Shown piece by piece: positions 1 through 15,012 of a stretch of 64,000 bases of DNA (positions are counted from its first letter, which is position 1; each line of letters opens with the position of its first letter). The notes below the pieces were generated by a model that did no database searches, was not told the DNA's origin, and saw only the letters and a list, made by a program, of their open reading frames with translations. Source of the DNA: Trichoplax sp. H2 (lineage: Eukaryota); contig NOWV01000011.1 in assembly GCA_003344405.1 (NCBI GenBank), positions 186,001 through 250,000 of the forward strand. Reading direction: 5' to 3'. The translations under genes were made by a program, and so were the position numbers.

Positions 1-2922
1 GAAATCCTTAGTTTCTCACGTTTACAGTAGTATAGGAGACTGCAAAAATGATCTTTGGTGACATTTGGGCGTAGCTCATGACCTCAGAATTTTTAAGATC
101 CAAACAGCGAAACAGAATTGAAGTGAGATCATGTTTTTGTTTATAAGTTAAATTTTTGAACCCAATACTCTAAAGTCGATAGCGTTGTGTATGGTTATCA
201 GAGTCTAATGCGCCCGTAAGCCATGTCATGTTTAAATTTTTTTAAATTTGTATTTCATTTCGTTTACTTCATCTATGGCCGTTGAATTCCTTCTAAAGGG
301 GTTACGGAGCTTATATCTTTAGCTGTTCAACATTCAGTTGCGCTAATGCATTACCACTGGGGGTTCAAGATACGGCCTTGACCTATGGCACTTTGCACAC
401 GTTGCATTGTTGTGCCAAGTAGTGTACACTGTACAGCACGTAATAAGTAATCCAATTATTGAGATCTAGTACAATATAAACTAAAGATATAGCGTAAATA
501 TATTATGAACAAGTATCTAGAAACTAGCTATATTGTATAGCCTATATATCGTACATAACTCTTATACGTGATTAGTAACGTCAACAGATTATCTGAATAA
601 ACCAATGTTGTCCGTTGTGTCCAATTAGTGTGTGGATTACTAAATCATATTTACGGTATACCTTGCAAAGTGTTTATAGTATTTTTATTCTACCTTATAA
701 AAGATAGCAACATAAAAATAATAACAATAATAATAATAATAATGCTATATTTTTTGTATTTTACCGAAGGATAACTTGGCATAATATAAGAGGTCAAGAT
801 CTAAATTGTATTTTTATTTCAATGTGTAGATGCAACTACTTCGGTGTATGGAATGTACTTCCATGGATTATGGAGCTATATATGTATACTTGTATAACGT
901 ATAATAAGACTTATTTGCTTACAGTTTTAAAAATCTGAAAATATGCAAACTTGCAGTTCTTTGATATATCTAAATCGAATAAACCAATGTTTACAACTTT
1001 ATCGCAAGCGCTTATCAAATTTTGTTTATACGTTTTATTACTCTTTTTTTTGGACGATAAAGTGTTACTGCATGCTACGTGAGTGAATTTTAGATTTTAA
1101 ATATACTATGCTTCTAATATTTTCTTTGTACGAAAATGTTTTTACTTCTTGACCTTAAACTTTTAAGTTAACACTACTATACAGTAAATAACTAAATATT
1201 TTAGGCATTTAATCTAGATTGATAGTAAACAAGAATGAAAGACTTGTGAATCATTGTCACTATATATATAATACTCGTATATATCGTATGCATACATTCT
1301 TAAATTATTATTATAATTACATATTATATGTTTGTAAGTCTGTATTGCTTTTCAACATTGTTTCGAAGAGTTTTAGGTCGAAGTCGTAAGGGATCGGGTA
1401 TACAGTACACTATACAGCTGCTGTATCTTCAATACTATACAAAAACAAAAACGGCGATCAACGAGTGATTTAAACCATATACGCATATTTTTATATGGCA
1501 GTCTGTTAAATCAGATAAAGGTAACTTTTACGGCATAACAAGTGCTATGTGCAGGTAGCATAATAATGGATCGCTAGAAGCTACAATGTAGCTGCTACAT
1601 TGGATTACTGACAGTACTGTAGCTCATGTGTCATCAGCTCTTACAATATACAGCATAATAATCTTGGAAGTGTAAATTAATTGACTCTAACGTATTGATT
1701 GCAACATCAAGATTTATAAATGGCGATTTAATAGTCATAGAAATTATAATTGCTATAACATTATACAGTATAATCCTTTACTAGCGTATGTACAATGTAC
1801 AGTACTCACCATGCTCTGAGTTATCTATATTATAGATTGAAAGTGACCAAGTATTTACTACATATAGATGAAAACTTCAACAGTCGGTTGGACTTTTTAG
1901 CCTACCGTATATTGCACTGTCTAGCAGTTGCCCTGCTGATGTAAATTAATGCTGTAAAGTCCGTTGGCTGTACAAACAGTTGAATTTTGGTACATAATTA
2001 TAATGGCACATGCTGTACACTGTACAATATATATATATATAGTATCCACATTGCATTTTCTAGTTTCTGGTCGATGGAGCGGAAAGGTTCAATATTTTGA
2101 GCAATATAAGTGAATGAGGGATAAATAACAGGGGATTTTTTCTTTACTGTTAATTAAATAAATGTGCCCATAAATAAAGTACAGTAATGTGGCTGTACTT
2201 CAGTTTACGTAGATGGGTCAAAAATGTTCTGTAGGAGTGCCTGCTTGTACTTGACAAATTTAAATATCTCTTTCTTTGCTTTCTTTTAGACAGCACATGC
2301 ATAGTTTGATGAAAATTTTAATTTGCTGTTAATTAAATTAATTGATTCATCTGGAATTGTCAGTATACTAGTAGTACGTTACAGTACTACACGTAAGGAT
2401 TTTGATGCTCATTTGCAGCTTCCTGCTTTTTTGTCATATCGAATAGCTCCTCAAATAGGCTCATTTTGTAGACATTCTAGTTCTCTATCATAACTGGTCA
2501 ATCCCTCGTTGATTCTACTCTACTTCTCATACCATACCATGCTCTTATTTCTACTTTTTACTTTACGTTATTATCCCTATCCCTTGACTAATTCCATTAC
2601 TCTACGTTTAACTTACAGCCTGATTACACTCCTTTTATTGTTACAGTATCGTCCAATATCAGTAACTAATGTACTGTATATCGTCAGATTGTGCATTTTT
2701 GGGAATGTGGACTACTGTTTTGTCACTGACTACTAGAGTACTGTACTATCAATAGGTGTAATGACAAAGACTATACCGATTAAAGAAAACAATTTGCCTT
2801 TGATGACTGACTGAATATTGCAAAATTAATGTCACCACTGTGCTTTTCATAGTACAGACTTGTATTCTCTATAGTGAATCTGTTATTACCGACTACTCAC
2901 TGCAATCAAGCAAGAAAGCAGT

Positions 2923-2966
2923 CGTACAGTGTACAGTACAGCGTGCCTCTACAGTACTGTACTGTA
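2923..2966. promoter_or_regulatory. Cluster of TACAGT/ACTGTA motifs in the GC-richer region upstream of CEP164
   Basis: GTACAGTGTACAGTACAG...TACAGTACTGTACTGTAG is seen directly. Similar arrays occur at 22550-22600 and 51349-51402. A regulatory role is inferred from position only. Confidence 0.35.
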
Positions 2967-3561
2967 GAGTGGATGAGAAAAAAGCTTTTTCTTTTACCCC
3001 TATGCTCGGACATGAGTTACTATAAGACAGTACAGTATGATAGCAAGTGACTGCACGGGTACGGATAGACAAACGACTACAGTGTAAAGTAGAGGCAGGC
3101 GATTGTAGACAACAAGGGCCGAAAAACGACTCACCAATTGCGTCAGCAATTGGCATTTCATATGGATGACTATCGGCTACACTGACGTTTGCTACATACT
3201 ATCCTATACAAGATGCACGCTGCGCAATACAGACTCTTGCTTGTATAGGCTAGCGTTCAAATTGGCATTTTTTAGGGGGAACGTTATTACAGTAAATAAA
3301 ACGACCAACCACTGAGAAGTTGCTCATCTCTCTCCACTATGTTATAGATATTCAAAATAAAAGGGGGGAATCTATTCTATTCAGTTAGTACTACAGTATA
3401 CTACGCTATTCTAGCTTATAGGATATTATTATTTTATATTGGCGACCAGTGCAACACCATATTTCAACCGTTTTCATACATAGACTGACATTCAAATTAA
3501 CTCCTACCGTTGAGTTCACTACCGGTTGAATTATTGACAATTGTTGAATAATATTATTGTT

Positions 3562-6500
3562 ATGGTCATGGATTACGGTAATCAAGTTATCCTATCTGAA
3601 GATATTGATGAAAACTACGAACCAACAGAGGAAGGTAAGTCATCAAAGATTAATGATACTGTATAGATCTCTATACAAATCACACATTGAAATCGATCTC
3701 GACAACAATGGAGAGTGTTGATATCTAGAAAAGATCAAACGATGCATGTAGATAACAACTTGCTTTTTTAAGATTATGTCCAACTTACAGGGAACAGGAG
3801 ATAGATATCGTAAACGATAGACCATCATTACAGTACAACGATATGGGTGATCGATATTCATTGATACCTATTGAATAAATGACTATGCGACTATAAACTG
3901 CCCTTTAAAATCATCCAGAACTACACGTTTCTTCAATGGATCACACTCGTATATTCAACGTTTGAGGACTGCAATTATTAATGAATAAATCTCAATTTGT
4001 ACACTACTGGATAGTATATACTTGTATCATAGACGATGACACGGTAGAAGTTCACTTAACCTTAAAGATTCCCTTGTACCCTAATAACTGAGAGAAAAAT
4101 TTTCAATCTTTGTTCTGTTCATTTATTATCATTAAATATTGACGCAGAACTGCTATACTATGGTAATACTTCATATACATTATATTCGAATAAACGCCTA
4201 AAATAAACTTCTCCAGAAATTGCAACCGCCTTCTTAAATTACTGTATTAAACGAGAATATTGATCAGGTAACTTTTTATTCACTACCACTATCTCAAGTT
4301 TAAATCCGTAATAACTACGGGAATAATAATATTCTGGATATAATATTCACGCAAGGCAACAATTAGTTGTTGTTATTTATTTATTTATTCATTTATCAGT
4401 ACTATAGCATACATACAGCAGAATTAGTACAGTATACCGATATTAATTCAACATGAAAATTAAAAGTGATTATACACTCGATGGAATCGTTATGTACTTC
4501 CGAAAGGATATTATTACTACATGCGTGTGTCTATGTGCAGTTTTCTTCTAGCACTTAGGGCTATATCAAAGATGCTTACAAGTGCAACACGTAAACGATG
4601 ATAGCGTTCTATTAAATATTCTTTAGATACTAGAAAATGTACCGATTTAGCATTATAATTAAAGGATACAAAATTAAAATTTGTGATTGAACAACGAGAT
4701 GCCTTACCATAAATATTCGATCAGCACGCAGTGTAACAAGTTGCACAGTTAATTATAATTTGCAGATGAACTTGTTATTGATCTTACTAAATAGCACAAT
4801 CATAATCGTATGCCTATACATCGTATATAATGCGGCATTGTATCTTCTTTACATTTGTTAGAAATTCGTGAATATGCTACTGTTATTGGTATTGATCCTG
4901 ACCTTGAGCCTGAACTAATGTGGATTGCTAAAGAAGGAATTAGTGCACCATTACCACCTGATTGGAGACCATGGTATAGCATTATTTTTATGCGCAATCA
5001 TGATTTATAATATTATGCTACTGTGTAATTATAGCAACTGACCAACAAATTACAATATCAATTTAATCACTTTTATTTGCATATTTATCAGCTGAAATAC
5101 GAATTTATATCACATCTATTATGATCTTTTAATTTTTTTCCAAATTTTGCTGTTATATTTGTATACATATCCGATAGCCAAGATACCAACGAAGATATAT
5201 ATTACTTCAATTTCGCATCTGGTGAAAGTACTTGGGATCATCCATGTGACGAATACTATCGTAGGATGGCAGAAGAAGAAAGACAACGACCAAAAACCAC
5301 AACGAAGAGACCACATCGAGATGATCACGATCGTGACAATAAACCGAAAGCTAATTCTTCATCAAGCAAAGTCCTATCGGCACCTGTTAGTAATCGATAA
5401 AAAAGGAGCCTTCTTTTATTGGATATTTATTAACTTACGTTCTCTAGTATTGATGACTCTAATTTGAATTGAATAGCACAATACGTAATAGTCTTAAACG
5501 TACTAGCTATGCCTGACTAGGACTATTTATACAGATTATAGCCAAAGAACCATTGCAACCTTTAAATCGACATGCAGCATTGGTTAGTATATATCTATTA
5601 AATATCAATTGAATTAATACTCTAAAAGTCTTTATTTATGTTTTGTATATCTCGTATAGAATATATAAGCCTTTGCACATTGCACTATCCATTGAATAAT
5701 TAATTTTATATGATATTATAGGGTTCAATAAATGATCACGGTAAAGATAATGAACTTATTGAAAACAGATCGCACTATAACAAGACAGCATCAGGATCTT
5801 TGGAAGGAATGAAAATCCAAGATCAACAAAGTATGAATGTTGATGAAAGGATAACTGATATGGACGATGAATACGATATTCAAGACGTGCCCAGCGATAC
5901 TTTAAGCAGTAAAAACGACATGAAAAATTTATATATAGGTGAAGATATTCATTTAATGCCAGAATTATCCGATTGCGATAGCCAGGTATGAATCATAGGT
6001 TAAAAATCTTCTATTTAGTATAGTTTAATCTTTATCTAAGAATTTACATATTAATATAAAACTGAGTATGTAATGTATAAAGTGTTGGGACAGATTTACC
6101 TAAATACAGTAAACTCATAATAAAAAATTGCTGTAATAGAGCATTAAATATAGAAAGTACGTTCTAGTAAAATAATGACTAAATCCAATGTGATACTTTA
6201 GATAGCATCAATACTTTGTGCTAATCCTATTATAAATTACACGTAATAGAAAAGTTCCGATTTTCATCTCAACATTAAAGATGTCAAGGAGCTAGACTAT
6301 GAGGTAAGAAAGACAATGGAAGGCACTTGCATGATGTATCATTAGATAAAATTTATTTTATGTGTAGTCTAAAGTGGTTATTCGACTGGCGCAATAAGAA
6401 ATAAATAATTGTAATATCAATGTTAATTTAAAGGCATCAGATCTAGACTCCGATGTAAGATTAGATAAAGAAGGAGAAAAAGTGCATCTAGCTCTATCAA

Positions 6501-9500
6501 GTTCTGATTTGTCTATTAGCGACCATGGAGAAGTGGTATTGATAACATTAATAATTGCTTTTATTAATTATGACATAAAATACTTAATCTTATTCAGTTT
6601 TAGCTCTAGCATTGTTAGAATTTATAACAACTTTTTAAATAGACGAGGAAACAATTTTTCTTACTTTGAACTGTTCTATTTATTTTTTCAGGTTTTCCCC
6701 ATCATATCAGATGCATCAAAAGAACAAGGCGAACGCAACGACGAACGCAACGACGAACGCAAAGACGATAAGGAATCTACTCATGGTAAAGTGTCTTTAT
6801 CAACAAAATCTGCACAAGGAATAGAGGAAAAGGTTAGCTCCTAATATACAGTATTTTACGAAGAGAACACTGACCCATAATTTTATGATAATTTTAACGT
6901 TGTTATATAAACTATACTCCATCATATTGAAAGCACTTGATATTGCTAACGAGTTTAACTGATTAATTAGACACCACAAATTCAAACTAAGAGCGTAGTC
7001 AAAGAAATGGTAGATACAGCCATACAATGCTCGTTAGAAAACGCAAATCAAGCAATAAAGGACTTAAAATTAACTCATCAAGAGGAAATTGAAATAGAAA
7101 AGAGAAAATTAAAGCAACAAAATGATGATATTATCGATCAATATAAGAAAAAATTAAATACCGAACAAAGAAACGAAGAAACTCGATTACGTGCTGAAAA
7201 GGAAACATTACTAAACAAATTTCGATTACAGGTCAGCTCAGTAATATTTTATTTAATATACGTGACGTACACGTATGTACAGGAATTATTATTTTTAAGA
7301 TAAAAAATAAGCTGAAATATACTCAACTTTAATTATTAAATTTCTCGACTATTCTTGATTGTTTTCTCTGAGTAATTTATAGGTAGCTTATGACATAATT
7401 ATATTTTATTGCATTTCAATGTAACCTTCACCAGCCATAATCTTACATTCCTGTAAATTCTATACAGTTCATTTTAAACCAGTAGTTCATAAATAATTAT
7501 GTCTTACTGATTAGATCTTATTGTAATTAACTTGTGTTTTTAGACGACAATATAGATAATTATAGCAATTTAAGTATTGCAATTTTAAATTGATCAGATT
7601 AAAGATATGCAAGGCGAAGAAGAAAAATCTCTAAGGCAAGAGAAAGAAATTGAATTGAAACAATTAAGAAGTAATTTAGCGGCTGAAGTTGCCAAAGAAG
7701 AAAGCCGTTTAAAGTATGTTTTATCATAAATTTTCTTAGTTTTTCGGCTTAGTCGACATGATATGCCCCTAGTGATTGTTAATACTCGATTATAATTGCA
7801 TAAGAATGACTACGTAATTTCACACTAGCAACTCGCTACAAGATTATCAAGTTTGTATCTTGAAGTGCTCAACACCTACTGCTTATTCATACTATGCTAA
7901 GCTTAGCTAATTCTCATGTTTGATATTGATCATGGACTTTGTATAAAAATTTTAAAGATTTTCGCATAGCTTTTACCTCAATTTTAACTGAAATTTTATG
8001 ATAATTTCTATAATAGAATGGAGAAAGAAAAGAAATTGCAAGAAATGAAGCTTAGTATTGATAGAGACTTTAAAGAAAAAGAGGATATTTTAAATAAAGA
8101 GAAACAACAAATAACTCAACAATTACAGGATGCTAGACAAGAAGAAAAGAAACGAATGATGGAAGAGATCCAAGAAAGTGTTCAACAAGAAAAGGATTCT
8201 TTAAAACATAAACTACAAATTGATAAAGAAAAGGTTCAGACTATAATGGGTCTTGATACCCTTTAGACTTAATTACGATAAAGTTTTCTCTACTGTTATA
8301 TTAAACTAATTTAACCATATACGTGTTTTCTTGAGATATAATTTAATATCAACATTTTTGGTTGTGATATTCATTGCGAAAGGAAATTGATGATTATTGT
8401 CAGCAATTACAGTATGAAAGCCAAGAAACAGAACAACGACTACAGAATGAGTTTAATAAGGTAACAAAGGTGTCAATGAATTGCTTTTCTTTTGAATATT
8501 ATTCTCCTTTCGTATCTATTTAATTAAGTATCATCTTGGAGTTTGCTGTAAAAAGTTAAAAACAAATTTTAACAAAACAATATGCTTAAACCTATTAAGT
8601 AATATATTTATATGATCTTGATAACAGAAATTGACTCAATTAAAAGATCAATTGGAGAAAGATTATCAAAGTGAAGAAATTAAATTAAAAGAAGACATCA
8701 AGACCAAAACGGAAGCTTTACGCGAACAGCGACAACAATTAGAAGATGTAAATATACCTTTATATCCAATATTAGTTCAATACATACGATTAAAATGTTG
8801 AAATTACGATTCTCTTCCATTAATTATATGGACCAATGTTACTGTAAATATATTTAATTATTTCAATTCGTACGCTATCACTACAAACAATACTATAGGT
8901 TGAATTATAGATTTGCATTGGAGAGTATTGTACTTCATAGTATTTTACTCTACCAGCTATTGCGAGTACTTCTGAAGAATATTTAGTAGATATATAACTT
9001 CTCTTTGATGGAAGATATTGTAGTACTTAGTTATTCGTTAATACCTTGTTAAATACTAAATTAAGATAAAAGTATTTAATAGTCTGCAAAGCGGAGTTGA
9101 CAAAATGTGATCCAGAAAATTTATTCATTATATTACAGGAAGAAAACAATTTTAATGAAAATGTAAAGCAAACTGAAAACGAACATTCTCAAAAATTGGT
9201 AAAATGATCACATTTGTTAAGAACAGTTACTAAATGTTCCTAATTTGCTGACGAATTAGATCCTGTAAGATTTTTTTTGAGTCAAGTACACTATACAATT
9301 ATGCTATTATAATTATAGGAATTGATGAAAAAAAATTTAGATGAGCAACACAAAAATGAGTTAAACAAATTAAGAGATGAGGTATTTCATATACCGTTGA
9401 AATAAAATACTCGTATCAACCGTTTACGAATTTAGTCAGCTAAATCAAGTAAAGCTAACGTTTCTCAAGATATATTATCTCCGTTCTGTCTATCTTTTCC

Positions 9501-12500
9501 ATGCAGCAAGATAAATACGTTCAAGCGCTTTGCAAAGAACAAGATGAAAAGTTGCAGCAAATTCTCATGGTAATAAACCGTAAAAGATCTAGTAATATAA
9601 TTAATTTTCTTGAAATTAGCGGATTTTATATACATATGTTAATATAAAGTATAACATTATCATAGAAAAGAGATGTTATGACATTGTTATCGACTTCATC
9701 ATGCTACAATTTTATAGAATTATGAATCTCGGACAGATCAAATTAAAGATGAGTGGGAGAAGAAATTGTCTTCGATTAAAGCCAGTTATGAGAGTAAAGT
9801 ATGTAGTAATTGTTATACTATACGAGATATTGCTCTATTAAATGTTAAATTCTATATTATTCTATATGTATTCATGAGATTTTATCTACATGTATCTAAC
9901 AGACACTATAGTGCTAAATTTGTAATAGCAATAAATATTTATAATCTAGACTTATCACAGCAATTAATATAACTGAATAACAAATGATTTTTTTTCATTG
10001 CTGACAATATCTTCGCCTTCTATATTGTCATCTATATATATATCGTACTAGTATGTTTACGTGATTTTCCTATAATCTCGCTAGATCATGACGGCAAATC
10101 TTTCATAGATTAGTACAACACTAGTTAGGCTCATATTTCTTGGATCTATCGTAATAGCTGGGCATTACATATTTCTTTAGTCTTTAAAAAATAAATGTCA
10201 ACATGCTATCATAGCATCGTCTGTTATTTTCAATGTCTTACTGTATACTAAAATTGTTAGTTATTAGTTTAATTGATGCTTTCCATCGTTATTATGCAAG
10301 GCATCTTAGATAACTTTTGATTTATCAATAGAACAAAGTTTTACTAGAATTAGAAGCTGATATTGAGGCCAAGAAGTCAAAATTAGAGGTGTCGAGTAAG
10401 GATGCTGATGTGAAGGTGAGTACGGTGAAGCAACTAATATTGACATTATATCTATGCCAACCAAAATCATGTCAGTTCATTGCTCCTATTGACAGCGAAT
10501 TCTAAGGATAAAAATTAATTTAACTTCATTTGTTGCTGCGATTGGATGAAACTTTAGTTACAAGAGTCGTTAGCTGTTGAATTTGATCAAAAGATTAAAG
10601 AACTAAAACAACAACAACATGATTTAGAAGCTGCTATTGATAAAAGTCGTCAGGAGACTAAGAGTTTACAAAGGTATGAATTTCATAAAGTAACAACTGA
10701 TAGAAGATGGATTCATTACCAAATTTACTGAAAGCTGCATTATTAATTAATTGTAATCAGTGAGAAGAATCGTCTAAAGCGAGAATGTCAAGAAATTCTT
10801 GAAAAAAAGACGATCTATCAACGGCAAATCGAGTAAGAGAATTTTAATAGATCACTGACTTAACATATAATTAAAAATATTGCAATAGAAATAATCTGTA
10901 TCGTACGTTATTGACAAAAAGATCGAGTTCTAGAGCATGAAATACTACGGAATTGGATGTAAAAGTAAACTCACTTTCATAAAGCCGTTATTGATATTGC
11001 AATCGCAAGCGAAGCGATAATGTCATCCTTTATAGTCGGCCCTAATAATGATATTATATTCATACAATACATTTAGCCATCTATTTTGCATTATGTTGAA
11101 TTATAATAACGATTAAAACATGGTATGAATTAACCGAGCCTGAACATAATGTACCTTTCTTACTTTGGTTACTTTGGTTACTTCTTGGCCAATAATTGAT
11201 GATATTAATATACTGTATATTCATACGCGTATATAGCACTGTTCTTCTAAGATGTTACTAATAAGTCGTCGCCTATCTATAAAAATTAGAAACTTGTCTG
11301 ATCAGGCTAGCCAACTGAAGCAAGAACCTGTCAATTATGAAGAAAACATCACAACTCCTTCAAACAAGCGTCAACACCCGAAGCGCAACCGAGACATTGA
11401 AAGAGAATTTGATCAATCTGAGGTATTTTCACTTAATTGTCATAATAGCTTGGTTTCCCTTTTAATGACGAAAATATCATTTGTTAGTACATTGATAATT
11501 TATTCTCTTTATAGGGTAAGATCTACAATGGTAAGGCTGGAGCTAAGAACCGAATTCATCATGAAAAATCTAATCGACTAAAAGTAACTGATATGGCTCA
11601 AGGTAGAAAATTGGATATATTGAAATGAGAAAGCTCTTAAATAGTTCAGAAATCCCCTCGCATATTTGCTTTATTTAATAATCTTAGAAAATTTCTTTAT
11701 TTTTCGATCTAGATCGTCTGAGTAGCGATGACAATGAAGTAGTTTATAGCACCAAACCATCCCGATTCCAACAAGATTATAATATCGTAAGACGTGGTGA
11801 AAGCGCACATGTTAGGAATGAAATTGAAATGGAAGATTTAGACTATATTGATGAGTAAGAATTTTAGATACACGGTTTAATTAATCCATAGCAAAAAAGA
11901 ATCAGAGCATTTCATACAGAAAAATTTCAGCCGTATCTTCTTTATGAACCATATTAACTCCCGCTACAGAACGTCTGGTGAAAGATTAGAAGATGAAAAT
12001 CGAGCCATTAGAAATGCTAAACTTTTACTTCAGCAACAAAAATCACGATTAAAAGAACGTCAGGTTTGTATCAAATTATTACACTAATTATGTTAACCAT
12101 TTTTAGTGTCTTAATTCGATATCTTTCATACGATTTAACGTTTTATTGCACCCGTCTTACAATTATTGTTCAATAATAATTATTAGGCATCATTGAAAGA
12201 GCTGCAAGATGAATGGAAAACAGATGTTAACCGGTACTTAGGATCCGGCAAAGTATGCAAGCTGTAACTGTCGGAGTTTTGAAACTACCGCTCAGTTACG
12301 GGAAATCATTATTGATTTATATTGCTCTTTACGTTACTTAAATGATTTATACCAAAAAATACTGTATTACTTAATCCGCGTCGATAATTTGTAGCTTAAT
12401 TATTATACTTATTTCTATGCTATAAACTGTCCAGAGCTCATCTTCAGCTAGTGTATCGCTGTTAAAAAATATCAAATCAAAAATTGATCAGGTGGGTATC

Positions 12501-15012
12501 GACGTACGTGCAGTTGAATAACATCATATTACATGTCTAAGTTCTAAAGTTTTACTTATCGTAATCTATTATAAGGACCAGGAGTAAAATTACATTATTT
12601 CAAACATTTGAACCTTAGGAAGTATCTGACTTGAATGAAATTCGCCATCAGATCCTCTCTAGTCAAACTCTTGTTGACGAAAAGGAGCAAAAATTGAAAA
12701 AATTAGAAATATCACTCTTAAGTTTCCAGGTTAATTGAATTTGATAATATTTAGATATGCATTTGAGACGATAAATGCCTTTAGTCTAAGAAACTAATTC
12801 ATTACTTCACAACACGGATTTTAAATCAGAATGAAGCAATTAATTGTAAATTTATTAGTCTAACTTAATTATATCGCGCTCAATTGATGTTTATATATCC
12901 ATTTTATATATTTATTTTAAAGCAGAAACCAACTGACAGCGATTACGAGTCAAGAGGCGACATTCACTATGATGAGATATATCAACCAGAACTATTGCAA
13001 TCTCATCCAAATAAAGGGAAGCATTCAGCTAAAGGGTATCGACCACGGTCTCCCAATCAAAGATTTATTCAACCCGAAACGTCAGAAGCTAGTAGTACTG
13101 AATTCGATTATCATGTACCTTCGTCGAATAAAAAAGAAAGTAAAAAGTATCGAGATCAGTTATTAATATCGTTGCAGTCAATCGATAGCAAGTTAAATCA
13201 GGTATTGGCCACAGCTCGATCTTATACTACACCGAAAGATAATACTCCAACTCACAGAAGATCCGCTATGCCTTATTCATATTCTGCTGATGATGTAAAG
13301 CAAACTCCGAAAACAAGGTAACAGATATTACGCTCATAAAACCTTGACTTGATACTATAGCCATGCTGAACGTAAGATGGATAAACCATTGTATGTCAAG
13401 TTAATAGTAGTACAGTGATAGTTTATTTCAAATCAAAAGAAATTTCAATTAAGTTAATAGATTTAAGAAGATACAGGCTGCACCCCTAATACGTACCGCC
13501 CATCTCGTGCGAGCATGCTTTACTTTCTTATTTGATTCATAATGTGCACTTAGTAGATAATACACAATACCATGAGGACTTCTTATCAATTAAGTATTTA
13601 CTAGCAATATAAGTATAGTTATTAGCTAATCTAACTATTACTTTAATGCTCCAATAGTGATCCTGTGGATATTTACCTACAAAGAAAATGGTACTCATAT
13701 CTAAAAGGTAATGCGCAAACCAAACTTTATTAATTCATCAGCTAAATTATATTATTTAGACTTGTAGCTTGATAATCACCAATTATATCGTTGATACTCA
13801 TTCGTCAATATATTTTGGCTAGGATCACACCATTTGCCCGGCGATAGTTCCAGGCCAAAATCGATTTACAACTTAGCTAGGTAAGCTGATGTACAGTAAT
13901 AAACAATTTACCATTAATCTCATATCTTAAAGTGTAACAGTAAATCTATCTTTATCTTTAGAAATATGATAATAAATTTCGTTCACATACTTTTTTAAAC
14001 AATAGAGATACTTGGAAATCATACCCTACCAGTGCCGGAATTTCCACTGCTAACAGCAGTACTTCAGAATTAGTCCAGATACATAATTCATGGTTAAAAG
14101 ATTTTGAACGGCAGTCATATGCAATAAAATATAAGTAAGTTGACCGATTTATAGATTGATTGACTAAAAAACGTAGTTTTTACGACTATGCATAAAGTTA
14201 TAATAGCTGCGATATTACTGTCTTTGAACTCAGTAAAGTTACCTGTCCGATTCAGTAATGAATTCGTATTTCTATTAATATCGCTACACTATAGACTCAT
14301 GTCTGAGACGATTAGCTTTTAGTAAAGCAGTAACATAAGGAAGCAATGTCATATTATTTCTTACTGAAAAAGTTGCCTGGCGTCTTGTTATCATCGGAAA
14401 CATTTTATTTCTTTAAAGTATACAGTGCGTACATATTTCAAGCCTACAGATTTGTATCGAAGTACAACAGAACATATACAGTATGATCTATGAATAAGTC
14501 AATATCAATACATACTATGATTATGTTGAATAATTAAGGATAGAGTGTTTGAATTCAATTATGGATATTTATAAATATTCTGGTCGACCAATCGTTTCTA
14601 TCTTTATATTAGCTATGATTAATCAAGTAATTAATTTTACCGTATAAGCGGTGAAAGATCAGTTACAGTATCATCGTTATCAATCTGTTATCCATACACT
14701 TATCCAGGCTCTCTGCAATGTTCTTCACTTAATAATTTGGTAACGGTGGCTACGAATATCAGCGTCATATTATTCGTTTTTGCTATATACTGCTAACAGA
14801 ATCGTTTATTATTCGGAGAAAGTTATTTATTAAATCTTGATATAACTTATATTTAATTTTAAATCTTTCTTTTTTTATATGGCGACAGCTATGGTGATGG
14901 TACTCGCTTAAATAAAACAGCGCCTGGTCCCGATACCATTAAGTACAACTCCAACAACTGGAATAAGCATTCGACGCCAGATAATACATTAAGATACCCT
15001 ATCGAATTCTAA
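3562..15012 (+). CDS. CEP164: Centrosomal protein 164 (N-terminal WW domain plus long coiled coil), multi-exon
   Basis: Exons 3562-3634, 4862-4973 and 5178-~5385 splice via GT-AG to [96 protein letters not shown]. This closely matches the conserved CEP164 N-terminal helical bundle and WW domain. Many E/K/Q-rich coiled-coil exons follow (e.g. ORFs 7007-7303, 8018-8266). The penultimate exon 14006-14134 splices in frame to a last exon 14889-15012 (...TLRYPIEF*). Internal exon boundaries are not all resolved. Confidence 0.92.
6730..6768 (+). repeat. Coding 12-bp tandem repeat (GAACGCAACGAC x~3) encoding [12 protein letters not shown] in a CEP164 exon
   Basis: cgaacgcaacgacgaacgcaacgacgaacgcaaagacga is read directly and translates in ORF 6482-6844. 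Confidence 0.85.

Noticed and set aside
2509-3156. ORF-track entries 2509-2736, 2840-3025 and 2893-3156
   Set aside because: Low-complexity translations driven by T-rich sequence and TACAGT arrays, with no recognisable domain. More consistent with promoter or UTR sequence.
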